DNA of 63,442 bases, filler included, from Octopus bimaculoides (lineage: Eukaryota), in assembly GCF_001194135.2 (NCBI RefSeq). It is 5 parts of 4 records of this genome, joined end to end, with 100 filler letters (N's around TTAATTAATTAA, not from the genome) between each part and the next. Parts side by side here need not be neighbours in the genome. Positions count along the whole stretch, not along the records: positions 38,856 to 49,502 come from NC_068996.1; positions 49,603 to 56,761 come from NC_068990.1; positions 56,862 to 63,442 come from NC_068990.1; 2 more parts are not named here. The stretch is one strand, 5' to 3'. Position numbers and translations under genes: made by a program. The stretch's first letter is position 1; each line of letters starts with the position of its first letter. A model generated the notes under the pieces. It had not been told where the DNA came from, ran no database searches, and was given only the letters and a program-made list of their open reading frames with translations. Below are positions 47,606 to 60,505 of this stretch, piece by piece.

Positions 47606-48200
47606 TAAAAATTTATTAAATGGAGTAAAACGCATATCTTAAATGAATTCTTTTATTCCCAACATATGTTTCGAAGATTACAAATTGTACCTTCCAAAGG
47701 AATAGGTGATGTTGATAAGGATGTAATCTTCTCTTCAGGGAAATACATAGGAACCAGCTTAACTGTAAGACATTTTAACCGAATGTGATAACTGTAGTTA
47801 GAGAAGATTGCTACATAACTTATTTGTAAAAAACCGTTGGAGGTAGCAACGCTACGAAACAGTACGTTGGGTAAGAAGGGAAGAAGAGAAGGAAAAAAGG
47901 AAATTTAGAGTTTAGAATTGGGAGTTAATAAGATCATTTAAACCCGATAAAAATGGGAGGGGCATATGGCCCATTTATGAAAAATGTAAGAGGCTTCGTG
48001 CAAAACAAATAAAAGTAAGAGGTTCATAACCTCAATTTGGTTGTTATAAAAAGAACAATGTTTTCGGGAAGCAGCAATCAGCGGGCATTGTCTGTCTTCC
48101 CTCACCAATTTCATTAATTATTTTTTCATTCATTTCATTTTGTGTATTGTAGAGCCCACAGCTACTACCTCTATGTATGGCTTTTATAGCCAATTCTATG
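47606..48200 (-). mobile_element. Probable Penelope-like fragment
   Basis: 47606-47780 is homologous to 8336-8506. Upstream peptide IELAIKAIHRGSSCGLYNTQ only weakly resembles a GIY-YIG C-terminus. Confidence 0.55.
47654..47745 (-). ncRNA. Type I hammerhead ribozyme, intact core (family 2)
   Basis: TATTTCC-CTGAAGA-GAAGATTACA[39 nt]TGTAATCTTC-GAAA-CATATG-T-T-GGGAATA; stem I 7 bp with one G-U. Confidence 0.83.
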
Positions 48201-48578
48201 AAATAAAGTAGCTTGCTTACCAACCATGCACTTCTGGGTTCAGTCCCACTGCATGGCACCTTGGGCAAGTGTCTTATATATATGTGTATGCATATGTTTA
48301 TGTGTCTGTGTTTTTCCCCACACCATCGCTTGACAGCTACTGCTGCTGGTGCATGTATGTCCCCATAACTTAGCAGTTCGGCAAAAGAGACTGATAGAAT
48401 AAGTACTAGGCTTATAAAGGACAACTCCTGGGATTGATTTGCTCGACTAAAAGCAGTGCTCCAGCATGGCCACAGTCAGAATGACTGAAACAAGTAAAAG
48501 AATATGTAAATACTAATATACTTATATGTATATGTACAGACACAAATACAGATACACAAATATATGTATATGCATATA

Positions 48579-49477
48579 CAAGGTCCAATCAATAAATATC
48601 CAGACTGTTGCCATAGTAACGAAGCTAAAGCACACAATGTGAAGCTGTTTGGCACAGATTGACCTTGAACTTTTCTGTATATGCATACTAAGTTTTAATG
48701 TCCTAGCTCACTTCCACTGTTTACAGCAGTGCTTTGAAGGAACATGTGTAACATGTTACCATTGCATTGACCATGACAGCGAAAGTTATCATGGCAATAC
48801 CTGCTCAGAGGCCTACGCAAAGTTACAGAAAGTGTATGGAGAGGAGTGTATGAGCCACACACAAGTGTACGAGTGATTCAAACATTTCCAAGATGGCCGA
48901 AAAAATGTCAATTGTGATGAATGTTCTGGGGGATCTGCAACCAGCAGAACTGAGAAAAACATCACAGCTGTGCATGCAACTGTGAGAGGAAATCCTTGAA
49001 TTACCATCTGTGATTTATCATCAGAGAATGTGCAGATTAGTTAGGGTTCGATTCAGTCCATTATCACTGAAGATTTGGGTATGAGATGTATGTCTGCCAA
49101 GTTTGTGCCAAAAACTGCTTTCAGCTGACCAAAATGACACTCAGGTTTCAGTTGCACAAGGTCTCCTTGATTGTGTCAAGAATGATGAAAACCTTTTGGA
49201 AACTTTGTGTAGGCCTTTGAGCAGGCATCGCCAAGCTTTTGACAAAATTTTATACAGATTCTCTGCTCAACTTTCTCTGTCATGGTCAATGCAACGATCA
49301 CACGATACACACATTACTTCCAAGCACTGCTGTAAACAACGGAAGTGAGCTAGAATGTTAAAACTTAATGTGCATGCACAGCAGAATTCAAGATCAATCT
49401 GTGCCAAGCAGGTTCACTCTGTATACTTTAGCTTCATTACTATAGCAACAGTCCAGACGCTTATTGATCAGACCTCG
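48579..49477. mobile_element. Non-autonomous mariner made of two left ends
   Basis: Long inverted arms that include the start of the transposase ORF (MTEKVEQRICIKFCQKLG on the minus strand of the right arm); TA/TG flanks. Confidence 0.9.
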
Positions 49478-51000
49478 TGTATATATATATATATATATAT
49501 ATNNNNNNNNNNNNNNNNNNNNNNNNNNNNNNNNNNNNNNNNNNNNTTAATTAATTAANNNNNNNNNNNNNNNNNNNNNNNNNNNNNNNNNNNNNNNNNN
49601 NNAGGGCATGCTTGAGTAGGTATACCACTCCTTTATTCTTAGTAATGACAACTGTTAGGTACCTGATTCACCGAGCTGTGAATATGGTACCACCGATAGG
49701 CGCAGGCATAGATGCGTGGTAAGAAGCTTCCCAACCACATACTTTTCTACTCTAGGCACAGGGCCCGAAATTTTGGGGAAGGGGGCTAGTCGATAAGATC
49801 GACCTCAGTATGCAACTGGTACTTAATTTATCGACCCCGAAAGGATGAGAGGCAAAGTCGACCTTGGCGAAATTTGAACTCAGAATGGAAAGACAGACGA
49901 AATACCGTTAACGTTTCTACTAGCTTCCCAACCACATGGTTCTGGGTTCAGTTCCGGTGCATGACACCTTGGGAAAGTGTCTTCTACCACAGCCTTGGGC
50001 TGATTAAAGCCTTGTGAGTGGATTTGGTAGCTGGAAACTGAAAGAAGACCGTCGTATATGTCTTTGTGCCTTTGTTTGTCCTTCACTACTGCTTGACAAC
50101 CAGTGTTGGTGTGTTTACGTCCATGCAAAAGAGACCAATAGAATAAATACCAGGCTTAGCAAAAAATTAAGAACTGGGGTTGATTCATTTGACTAAAAAT
50201 TGTTCAAGGGGGTGCTCCAGCATGGCTGCAGTCAAATGACTGAAACAAGTAAAAGATAGAAGATGAGGTGTGAATAAAAACTTACAGTCCAAAAGCCAGA
50301 AACCCTACACGTGCCCTAATCCTTGTATCTCCGTCGGGCGAACTTGCCCTATATAAACACTATATCGAGTTCTAATTCTTTACCATCTCTGCCCCACTTA
50401 TTCATTGGTTTATGGTAGGGGGTAGAACTACCCTCCCAAATACCGTCTTGGAAAAGACACCTCATCATTCTTACATCTTGCACATGTGAGAAGATGGAAA
50501 CTGAAAGAAGCCTGTGTTGTCAGCTGAGTGGACTGAAGCAACGTGAAATGAAGTTTTTTTTCTCAAGAATACAACCCATTGCCCTGCCCAGGAATTGAAA
50601 CCACAACCATGTGATCATGAATGCAACACCCTAACCACTAAGCCATGCTTCTCCACTTTTAAGATAATAGGGGAGTGATTTGGTTGCAATTCCTAACAAG
50701 TTGAATGGTCCTCCTTTGTTAGCTTGTCTTCATGTTTTTGTTTAGCCACAGGTCAGCCCAAATCAAGCAGGACTATGAAAGAAAGCTTTCCAACCATAAC
50801 CATCTAGTCTGTTTTCAGGCACATTATATCTAAGTCTATCTTATTTATTGTGTCCTTTAAAAATAAGAATGAAAAAATATGAAGATTTGGCTGTTATTTC
50901 TTGCAGGAGGAATGACCATTTAGTGACTTCATCTTGCAATTTTTAGAGCAGCAAAAGAGAAATAAATAAAACTCAAATTCTAAAGAAACAAAAGTGAAAA

Positions 51001-51410
51001 GGTGCAGGCATGGCTGTGTGGCAAGAAGTTTGCCTCCCAATTTCATGGTATGGGTTCAGTCCCACTCTGTGGCACCTTGGGTAAGTGTCTTCTACTATAG
51101 CCTGGAGGGCAACCAAAGCCTTGTGAGGTGGAGTTGGTTGACAGAAACTGAAAGAAGCCCATCGTATGTGTGTGTATGTGTGTGTGTGTGTGCATGTCAT
51201 TGTGTTTGTGTTTGTCTCCCTCCACTGCTTAACAATTGGTGTTGGTGTGTTATGTCCCAGTAACTTAGTGGTTTGGCAAAAGAGATTGATAGAAGTACCA
51301 GGCTTTTAAAAAATAAAGCCCTACGTTTGATTCATTTGACTAAAAATTATTCAAGGTGGTGTCCCAGCATGGCCACAGTCTAATGACTGATCAAAGGTAA
51401 AAAAGATGAC
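51001..51410 (+). mobile_element. SINE family A (CpG-decayed)
   Basis: Both halves with a (TG)n centre. Confidence 0.85.
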
Positions 51411-51432
51411 AACAATCAAATAAAAAGAAATT

Positions 51433-51720
51433 TATCATCATCATCATCATCATCATCATTTAATGTCCATTATCCATTCTGGCATGGGTTGGATGGTTTG
51501 ACCGGGCTGGTAAGCTGGAAGGCTGCTCCAGACTCCAGCCTGATTTGGCATGGTTTTCTACAGCTGGATGTCCTTCCTAATGCCAACCACTCCGAGAGTG
51601 TAATGAGTACTTTTATGTGCCACTGCCACAGGCGCCATTTGCATGACACCGGTATCTGCCATGACTGCGATTTTGCTCAGCTTGATGGGTCTTTTTCTCA
51701 AGCACGACATAATGCCAAAG
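51433..51720 (-). mobile_element. Retroposon family D
   Basis: (CAT)n tail and the same body as 39787-40010. Confidence 0.8.
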
Positions 51721-51822
51721 GTCTTGGTACCAGGCTTTAAAAAAGATAAAAGTTACTAGGGTCAATTCATTGAACTAAAAATTCTTCAAGGTGGTGCCCC
51801 AGCATGGCCACAGTCTGATGAC

Positions 51823-51868
51823 TTAACCACTACGCCATATGCCCACAGGCATATGGCGTAGTGGTTAA
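51823..51868. repeat. Perfect 21-bp hairpin with 4-nt loop
   Basis: TTAACCACTACGCCATATGCC-caca-GGCATATGGCGTAGTGGTTAA. Confidence 0.97.
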
Positions 51869-52009
51869 GAGCACTACACACACACACACACAGAGATTTT
51901 GTCAGCCAAATTCACTCACAAGGCTTTTGCCCAAGGTTCCACATAATGGGACTGAACCGGGAACCATGTGATTGAGAAGTGAACTTTTTACCACACAGCC
52001 ATGCCTGCA

Positions 52010-52190
52010 TCTATGGATATTCTGCAACCATCTCATTCTTGGTCTCCCCCTTGGTCTCCTGGCCATTAGCTTGGCTTGGAGAATCCATCTTGCAGTTCTT
52101 TCCTGTAGCATTCTAATCATCTGCCCCATACATTGACTTATTCTTTTACTCTCCGCATATGTGTTTCTAGACATCAACGAGAACAACACA
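52010..52190 (-). mobile_element. RTE-clade LINE 3' fragment
   Basis: MGQMIRMLQERTARWILQAKLMARRPRGRPRMRWLQNI. Confidence 0.8.
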
Positions 52191-52317
52191 AGGACTTCCT
52201 TTATTATTTAATCCATCGAGTTGCTGTGGGTGAACTTCTGGGTGCTTTAGTGAGAACGGTGATTGTACAACCCTTAGCAAACCTTGAAAACAATATTCAT
52301 AAAATGTAGAATATTAA

Positions 52318-52701
52318 CCGTGGCACTCCGTGGGTTGCGATGACGAGGGTTCCAGTTGATCTGATCAACAGAACAGCCTGCTCATGAAATTGATGTGCAA
52401 GTGGCTGAGTACTTGCACAGACACATGTTCCCTTAACGTAGTTCTCGGGGTGATTCAGCGTGACACAGTGTGACAAGGCTGGCCCCTTTGAAATACAAGT
52501 ACAACAGAAACAGGAAGGAAGAGTGAGAGAAAGGTGTGGTGAAAGAGTACAGCAGGATTTGTTACCACCCCCTGCTGGAGCTTCTTGGAGCTTTAGGTGT
52601 TTTCGCTCAATGAACACTCACAACACCCGGTCGGGGAATTGAAACCGTGATCCTACAACTGCGTGTCCGCTGCCTTAACCACTGGGCCATTGTGCCTCCA
52701 C
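52318..52701 (-). mobile_element. SINE family C with 10-bp TSD
   Basis: TSD AGAATATTAA at 52308-52317 and 52702-52711. Confidence 0.92.
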
Positions 52702-53217
52702 AGAATATTAATAAACAGTAATAGTAACAATTAATAGTGGCTGTGTGGTAAGAAGCTTGCTTTCTAACCTATTCTAGTCTAAGAAATGTAGAATCTACAG
52801 GAATAAAATATCTAAGCATGTTTGGCTTCAACAAAATGGAGAATTCTCAAGATATTTGGCATTTTCTGAGATGGGTGCAAATGGTTAAAATTTCACATTT
52901 CTATACAGTAGAAATTATGGAATTCTGTAGTTTCAAAAATTAGAAATTTTTTTGGTGTTATAGAGGCAGAATGTCTTCCTCAGTCCATGACTGTCACTCT
53001 TGGAGCAACAAAATCAATAATTCTGTAGAATTTTTGTATAATGATGGATGGAATGAGACTAACTTTCAGATTTCTCATGCATGCACTATTAAAAGAACCG
53101 CTGAGTGTACTTATGAAAACAAATTTTGAAAATAAACTGTTCTAAGAAAAATGGAGTCTAAGAAGAATTTAAGAATGTTTGGGAGTAATATAACCAAAAT
53201 TTCCCATTTCTGATAGG

Positions 53218-53248
<31 letters not shown>

Positions 53249-54710
53249 TCATCGTCAGCGTTGTTGTTGTTATCACAATCATCATCATTTAAAGAATGTT
53301 ACACTTCCACCTGCATCTGCCAATACTTGACAGATTTCATCCCACACAGATAGATTTAAAAAAGTGAAGAAATTTTGTATTTTCAAGAAGTAGAAATATT
53401 TTGGTCTGAGTGATGCAAAATATCTTTCTGAAAGAAAAACAGGAAAATTTTGGAGCAACCAACTCCAGAATTCTGAAGAAATTTAACATGAATTTGGATG
53501 TAAAAATTAGAAAATATTTCACAGGTATATTTTCTTCACTTGAAAATGGTGACTTATTCATATTAAAAAAGTGGAAAAATCATGTATTTTCGCAAATGTC
53601 ATAATTGTTTATAAAATATTGACATATTTTGGTGCAAGAAAATGCATAATTCTTAATATAGTTGGCTCTTTCTAAGGTAGCTGGCAGAAGCATTAGCATA
53701 TCAGGCAAAATCAACTTACCCTCTTCCCTGAAATTTCTGGCCTTGTGCTAAAATTTGAAACCAATATAGCTGGTTCTTTGTAAAATGGCGAGTTGGCAGA
53801 ATGGTTAACATGCCAGGCAAAATACTTAGTGGCATTGTGTCCCTCTATGTTCTGAGACCAAATTCTGCCAAGATTGATTTGTCTTTCATCCTTTTTTTTG
53901 GTGGGGTCAATAAAAGAAGTACCAGTTGTAAACTGGGGTCGGTGTAATCGACTTAGCCACCTCTCCTGAAATAGCCAGCTTTGTGCCAAAGTTTGAAAGC
54001 CAAATAGCTGGTGCTTTCTGAATTGGGTGAATTTGGTCAATGGAAATTGGTGAAAGTTTGGCATTTCTAATAGAAATTGTGGAATTTTGCATAGTGTGAT
54101 GAATGAAAAATCTCTTCTGCAATCGATTAGTTCCATTCTGGGAGTAACCAAATGAATAAATTGCCATAATCTTGGATAGAATGTGAGGAAAATTCCAAGC
54201 AAATATAAACAGCTTTAGTGAAGAATACTCACTTTTTGTGTTAAAAGTTTTTGGTAATGATGCATTTTTACAAATCTAGAATTTATTGGCAAAATATCTG
54301 AGCATGTTTGAATGCAATAGCATGAAGAATTCTTAAAATATTTGACAGCTTTTGAGTTTGATGTAAACAAAAAGAAATTTCTTCATTTCCAGCTTGGTGG
54401 AAGCATGGCTGCATAAAGAAGTTTGATTCCCAACATAATGGTTTCATAATTTCCACAGCCTAAAACATTTGAATCTTCCCCTTAACATGTCTCTAGATTC
54501 CATTTAACTAAGACTTCATCAAATATTTCACGTTATTGAACCGAAATTATAGCAAAGCCATACTTTTGTATGTGGAAATTGACGTTACGTCTAAATATTG
54601 AATCATTAACGTTATGAATATAACAATCTAAGGGAAATAACTCTCAAATTCTTCTTGGAGTTACTATGGAGTTCACTCCCATGTTTCTGTATCCCGTTGT
54701 CTTATATATT

Positions 54711-54925
54711 CTTTTCTACTCTAGGCGCAAGGCCCGAAATTTGGGGTGGAGGGGGCCAGTCGATTAGATTGACCTCAGTACGCAATTGGTACTTAATTTA
54801 TCGACCCCGGAAGGATGAAAGGCAAAGTTGACCTCGGCAGAATTTGAACTCAGAACGTAAAGACAGACGATATAACGCTAAGCATTTCGCCCGGTGTGCT
54901 AATGTTTCTGCCAACTCTCTGCCTT
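54711..54925 (-). mobile_element. SINE family B with 17-bp TSD
   Basis: TSD CCGTTGTCTTATATATT at 54694-54710 and 54926-54942. Confidence 0.93.
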
Positions 54926-55462
54926 CCGTTGTCTTATATATTATCTCACCCCAGTGAAAAAGTGAACCTACAGCTGTAACGGACTGACCAGGACCTTGTG
55001 AGATACATACATACATACATACATACATACATACGTATGTATATGTATGTATGTATCTGTGTGCATCTGTGTGCGTGTTTATGTGTATGCGTGCGTATGT
55101 GTTTCTTTGTCTTGACATCACGTGACAGTTCTGAAACCATCGGGAGATGTCGAGATGAACATCATTTCTTTCCAATTTTTCATTAAAAAAAAAAACGAAG
55201 CAAAAAACATACTTCAGGGAAATATTAAATTACTTGCAAATGCGTGAGGAGTAGTGGCAGGAAGGACATTCTGAGACTATAGAAAAATCCACCTCCACAA
55301 GTTCCATCTGACCCATGCAAGCATGGAAAAGTGGACGTTAAAACAACAACAATGACGATAATGGTAATTCTAGGAGGATTGGTCACTTCATCTATACTTC
55401 CAACCCAAATATTTGTTTGTTTGCAAAGTGTTTCTCAGAATGGAAAGAGGCTGGGAGGATTA

Positions 55463-55636
55463 GGTGCAGACGTGGCTGTGTGGTAAGAAGTTCGTTTCCT
55501 AACCACATGGCACCAGGTTTGGTCTCACTGCATGGCACCTTAGTGTCTTCTACTATAGCCTCAAACTGACCAAAGCCTTGTGAGTGAATTTGATAGATGG
55601 AAACTGAAAGAAGCCTCTTTTGTATATGCCTATATA

Positions 55637-55681
<45 letters not shown>

Positions 55682-55955
55682 NNNNNNNNNNNNNNNNNNN
55701 NNNNNNNNNNNNNNNNNNNNNNNNNNNNNNNNNNNNNNNNNNNNNNNNNNNNNNNNNNNNNNNNNNNNNNNNNNNNNNNNNNNNNNNNNNNNNNNNNNNN
55801 NNNNNNNNNNNNNNNNNNNNNNNNNNNNNNNNNNNNNNNNNNNNNNNNNNNNNNNNNNNNNNNNNNNNNNNNNNNNNNNNNNNNNNNNNNNNNNNNNNNN
55901 NNNNNNNNNNNNNNNNNNNNNNNNNNNNNNNNNNNNNNNNNNNNNNNNNNNNNNN

Positions 55956-55990
<35 letters not shown>

Positions 55991-56390
55991 TACAACGGGC
56001 TTCTTTCAGTTTCCGTCTACCAAATCCACTCACAAGGCTTTGGTCGGCCTGAGGCTATAGCAGAAGACACGTGCCCAAGGTACCACGCAGTGGAACTGAA
56101 CCCTGAACCATGTGGTTGGTAAGCAAGCTACTTACCACACAGCCACTCATGTATGTGTATGTGTGTGTGTGTGAGTGTGTTTTTGTGGTTGTGTTTGTTC
56201 CCACCACCACTTGACAGCCAGTGTTAGTTTGCTTACATCCCTGTAACTTAGCAGTTCAGCAAAAGATACTAATAGAATAAATACAGTTTATAAATACAGC
56301 CCTGCAGTTTATTTATTCACCTAAAATCCTCCAAGACATTGCTCCAGCATGGACGTAGTCTAATGGTGGAAAGAAGGAAAAGATAAGACA
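55463..56390 (+). mobile_element. Old SINE A with a younger antisense SINE A nested in its microsatellite
   Basis: 5' half (+) at 55463-55620, minus-strand copy ~55993-56150, 3' half (+) resumes at ~56175. Confidence 0.75.
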
Positions 56391-57677
56391 TAAATGATAC
56401 AGTAATCCCTTGCCATATTGCGGTTCACCTTTCATAGTTTATTATTTAAGCTTATGTCGATTCCTCCGTGGTGTTGTTTTGTATTTAGTGGCTGTGTGGT
56501 AAGTAGCTTGCTTGCCAACCACATGGTTTCGGGTTCAGTCCTACTTGTGGCACCTTGGGCAAGTGTCTTCTACTATAACCTCGGGCCAACCAAAGCTTTG
56601 TGAGGGGATTTGGTAGACGGAAGCTCAAAGAAGGTTGTCGTATATATATATATCATCATCATCGTTTAACGTCCGCTTTCCATGCTAGCATGGGTTGGAC
56701 GATTTGACTGAGGACTGGTGAAACCGGATGGCAACACCAGGCTCCAATCTAAATTTGGCAGNNNNNNNNNNNNNNNNNNNNNNNNNNNNNNNNNNNNNNN
56801 NNNNNTTAATTAATTAANNNNNNNNNNNNNNNNNNNNNNNNNNNNNNNNNNNNNNNNNNNNAGTTGAGGTCTACATTTATAAACAAAGAACACTACTCTG
56901 CATGGCTTGTATTGTTTTCAATTGAGAATTTGGCAAATTTGTATTGCTTGGCACCAGATATTAAATGACAATGGCAGTGCCATACAAGATACTGAGCATT
57001 CATATAGTCTGGTGTGGTGAATTCAATTCTTTTTCCCCGCTTCATTCTCTTCATCTTTCTCATTGTTCTCCAGTCTTTCCTTCCTCCACCATCCACTCCT
57101 CATTTTAATCTTCCTTCCCGTCTTCTCTGCCCCCCCCCCCCATCTTTGGATATAGTTCCATCAAGCAAATGTACTCACAATATTCTGCATTCAGATTCAC
57201 TGGTTTCTATATATATATGCTACATTTATTGTTGTTTAGCCCAGGTCAATCCTGATCAAGCAAACCTGCTGATCAAAGGCATTACAGCAATGACCTACAC
57301 ACAACACTGCTTGCCTATTGGCCTGGGAAATGAAAATTGTTTCTGCTCCTCCTTCACAGTTGAATAGATAGCGCTAAGAAGAGCATCCATCTGTAAAAAA
57401 CAATTACGCTGGCATAAATATGCTGAATATGCCTTCAGACATAACTGTAACAACTTTAATATCTCCATAGTATATCATATATATTTGGCATAAACACAGA
57501 ACTTCTGTTTCCATTATATATACGTGTGCATATGTATATGTGAATATATATGTATATATGTGTGTATGTGTGTGTATATGTATGTCTATGTATGTCTATA
57601 TGCACAAACTCACACAACACACACACACATATACCATCATCATCATCAAATGTCCACCTTCCATGTGTGTGTATCTA

Positions 57678-57721
<44 letters not shown>

Positions 57722-59457
57722 TATATATATATATATCATCGGTAAATCATCATAAATCTGGAAAAGAAGCACACTCTAAGTCATAGAGCAGTATATATAT
57801 ATATATANNNNNNNNNNNNNNNNNNNNNNNNNNNNNNNNNNNNNNNNNNNNNNNNNNNNNNNNNNNNNNNNNNNNNNNNNNNNNNNNNNNNNNNNNNNNN
57901 NNNNNNNNNNNNNNNNNNNNNNNNNNNNNNNNNNNNNNNNNNNNNNNNNNNNNNNNNNNNNNNNNNNNNNNNNNNNNNNNNNNNNNNNNNNNNNNNNNNN
58001 NNNNNNNNNNNNNNNNNNNNNNNNNNNNNNNNNNNNNNNNNNNNNNNNNNNNNNNNNNNNNNNNNNNNNNNNNNNNNNNNNNNNNNNNNNNNNNNNNNNN
58101 NNNNNNNNNNNNNNNNNNNNNNNNNNNNNNNNNNNNNNNNNNNNNNNNNNNNNNNNNNNNNNNNNNNNNNNNNNNNNNNNNNNNNNNNNNNNNNNNNNNN
58201 NNNNNNNNNNNNNNNNNNNNNNNNNNNNNNNNNNNNNNNNNNNNNNNNNNNNNNNNNNNNNNNNNNNNNNNNNNNNNNNNNNNNNNNNNNNNNNNNNNNN
58301 NNNNNNNNNNNNNNNNNNNNNNNNNNNNNNNNNNNNNNNNNNNNNNNNNNNNNNNNNNNNNNNNNNNNNNNNNNNNNNNNNNNNNNNNNNNNNNNNNNNN
58401 NNNNNNNNNNATATATATATATATATATACATGCACGCACACACAAACACACATACACACACACAGCCATAAGTAGTGGAGTCAACATTACTTAGATTAT
58501 ATAGTGAGGTATGAAGTGTGCTGATATATTAAACTTGAGAAAGTTAAGATTCAAATAAAAGCTAAAATTAAAGTCGATCAAGTAGAAAATAATTACATGA
58601 GTGTGTATATGTCCAATTACACAGATACAAAACTACCCGAAGTACCAGCATTTATTGGAAATCTCTGATCTGACATTTAGATGGTCAACAGGTTCATTAA
58701 GGCTCTACTGTATCAAACTTGAAGTCATGATGAGGTTAAGTTAACCAAAATTAGCATAATTTAATTCTTCATATTCACTTCCTAGTGTTTTTAATATGTA
58801 TGCTTTTGTATGTATACTGGATTTCACACACCATATATACACACCTTTATACTTTTGTTATATTTTTGTTAAACACTTGCACACATATCATTAACACCTT
58901 CTAGCACTCTCCTGTTAAACCATATGCTTTGTCAAAACCTTTATTCCCTTACACTCACACATTCTCTCATCACTTCAAACACACACTTTCACACCAATCC
59001 CTAATGATCACATATACACTTCAGCACCCTGGACACCCACTAACCAATGCCACAATACTTTCACATTTGCACTCCTTTCTACACATATATACACCACACT
59101 AGCACACACACACATGCATGCTCACACACACACACACACACACACACACATGCATGCTCACACACACACACACACACCCCATTCCTCCCTTATACTCATT
59201 CTCAGACACAGATGCACCTTTGTGCTTGCAAGAGCACACCTGTCCATTCTATCCTTCTCGATCCCTTCTCACGGAACAGCAATCCTAACTGATTTCAAAC
59301 CCTTTGCTCCTATTTTATGTTTTTCCTTTTTCCTTCTTTTCTTCAATGACTATTTCTCTTTCTTGCTCCCCATATGTTTCCCATTTTCTCTTTTTCCCTT
59401 TTTTTTTTTTTCCTATTGAAAGACTAATGTCAAAAATGTTAGGGCATCCTCTTTCTA

Positions 59458-59660
59458 TTAACCCTTTATCATTTATTCCAGTCATTTCTGGCCCAAATAT
59501 TCTACCTTTCTTATGTTAAAACCAACCAGATCAAAACTCTCACACCTGCTCAACAATGTTACTCTAAAAATGTACAAACACACCATTGAAATCCCAAAGC
59601 TACAAGACAATGCACAATTAATTCAAAACAATGGGAATAAATAAGCAATACATTTAACAA
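59458..59660 (-). mobile_element. piggyBac-like MITE (same family as 46 kb)
   Basis: TTAA-CCCTTTATCATT end and reverse-complement body; another partial copy at ~42600-42760. Confidence 0.7.
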
Positions 59661-59667
59661 AGAAATC

Positions 59668-60125
59668 AACATCATCATCATCGTTTAACGTCCGCTTTCC
59701 ATGCTGGCATGGGTTGGACGGTTTGACTGAGGACTGGCAAGCCAGGTGGCTGCATCAGTCTCCAATTTGATCTGGCAGAGTTTCTACAGTTGGATGCTCT
59801 TCCTAATTCTAGCCACTCCGAGAGTGTAGTTGGTGCTTTTATGTGCCACCGGCATGAGGGCCAGTGAGGCAGTACTGGCGATGGCCATGGTCAAATGGTG
59901 TTTTTTATGTGCCACCTGCACAGGAGCCAGCCCAGTGGCACTGGCAACAACCTCGCTCAAATGTTGTTTTTCACATGCCAACGGCACAAGTGCCAGTAAG
60001 GTGATGCTGGTAACAATCATACTCGAATGGTGCTATTTATGTGCCACCAGCACAGGAGCCAGTCAGTGGTCCTGGCAACGATCCTGCTCGGATGGTGCTT
60101 TTAACATTCCACTGGCACGGGTGCC
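59668..60125 (-). mobile_element. Retroposon family D with an internal ~65-bp x5 array
   Basis: Units start at 59831, 59896, 59962, 60028 and 60093. Confidence 0.82.
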
Positions 60126-60284
60126 AAAGTTTAAAGGATTAAACTGACACCTTTTTTGCCAAACAATGTTCTTCCTGCATTGTTCTTTTAATGTTTATCA
60201 TATTTATTTCAACCTCACTTCATACACATACGCACACACAAACACATATACTTACATGAGTTTTTATATAACTATACATAAAGT

Positions 60285-60505
60285 GTCAAAGGTGGTTAGC
60301 AGGCAGAGACGTTAGCTTGCCGGATGAAGAGTCTAGCAGTATTTCACCCATCACTACGTTCTGAGTTCAAATTCCGCTGTGGTTGATTTTGCCTTTCATC
60401 CTTTCAGCATCGATAAATTAAGTATCAGTTGCATACTAGGGTTGATCAAATTGACTGGTCACCCCACCCATCAAAAAAAAAGAAAAAAAAATTTCAGGCC
60501 TTGTG
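60285..60505 (+). mobile_element. SINE family B
   Basis: CTACGTTCTGAGTTCAAATTCC...GCCTTTCATCCTTTC. Confidence 0.78.

Noticed and set aside
47830-47875. GTAGC-aac-GCTAC-GAAAC...GTT on the plus strand
   Set aside because: Helix II and GAAA look right, but upstream CCGTTGGA is at least three changes from CUGANGA and helix I cannot form.
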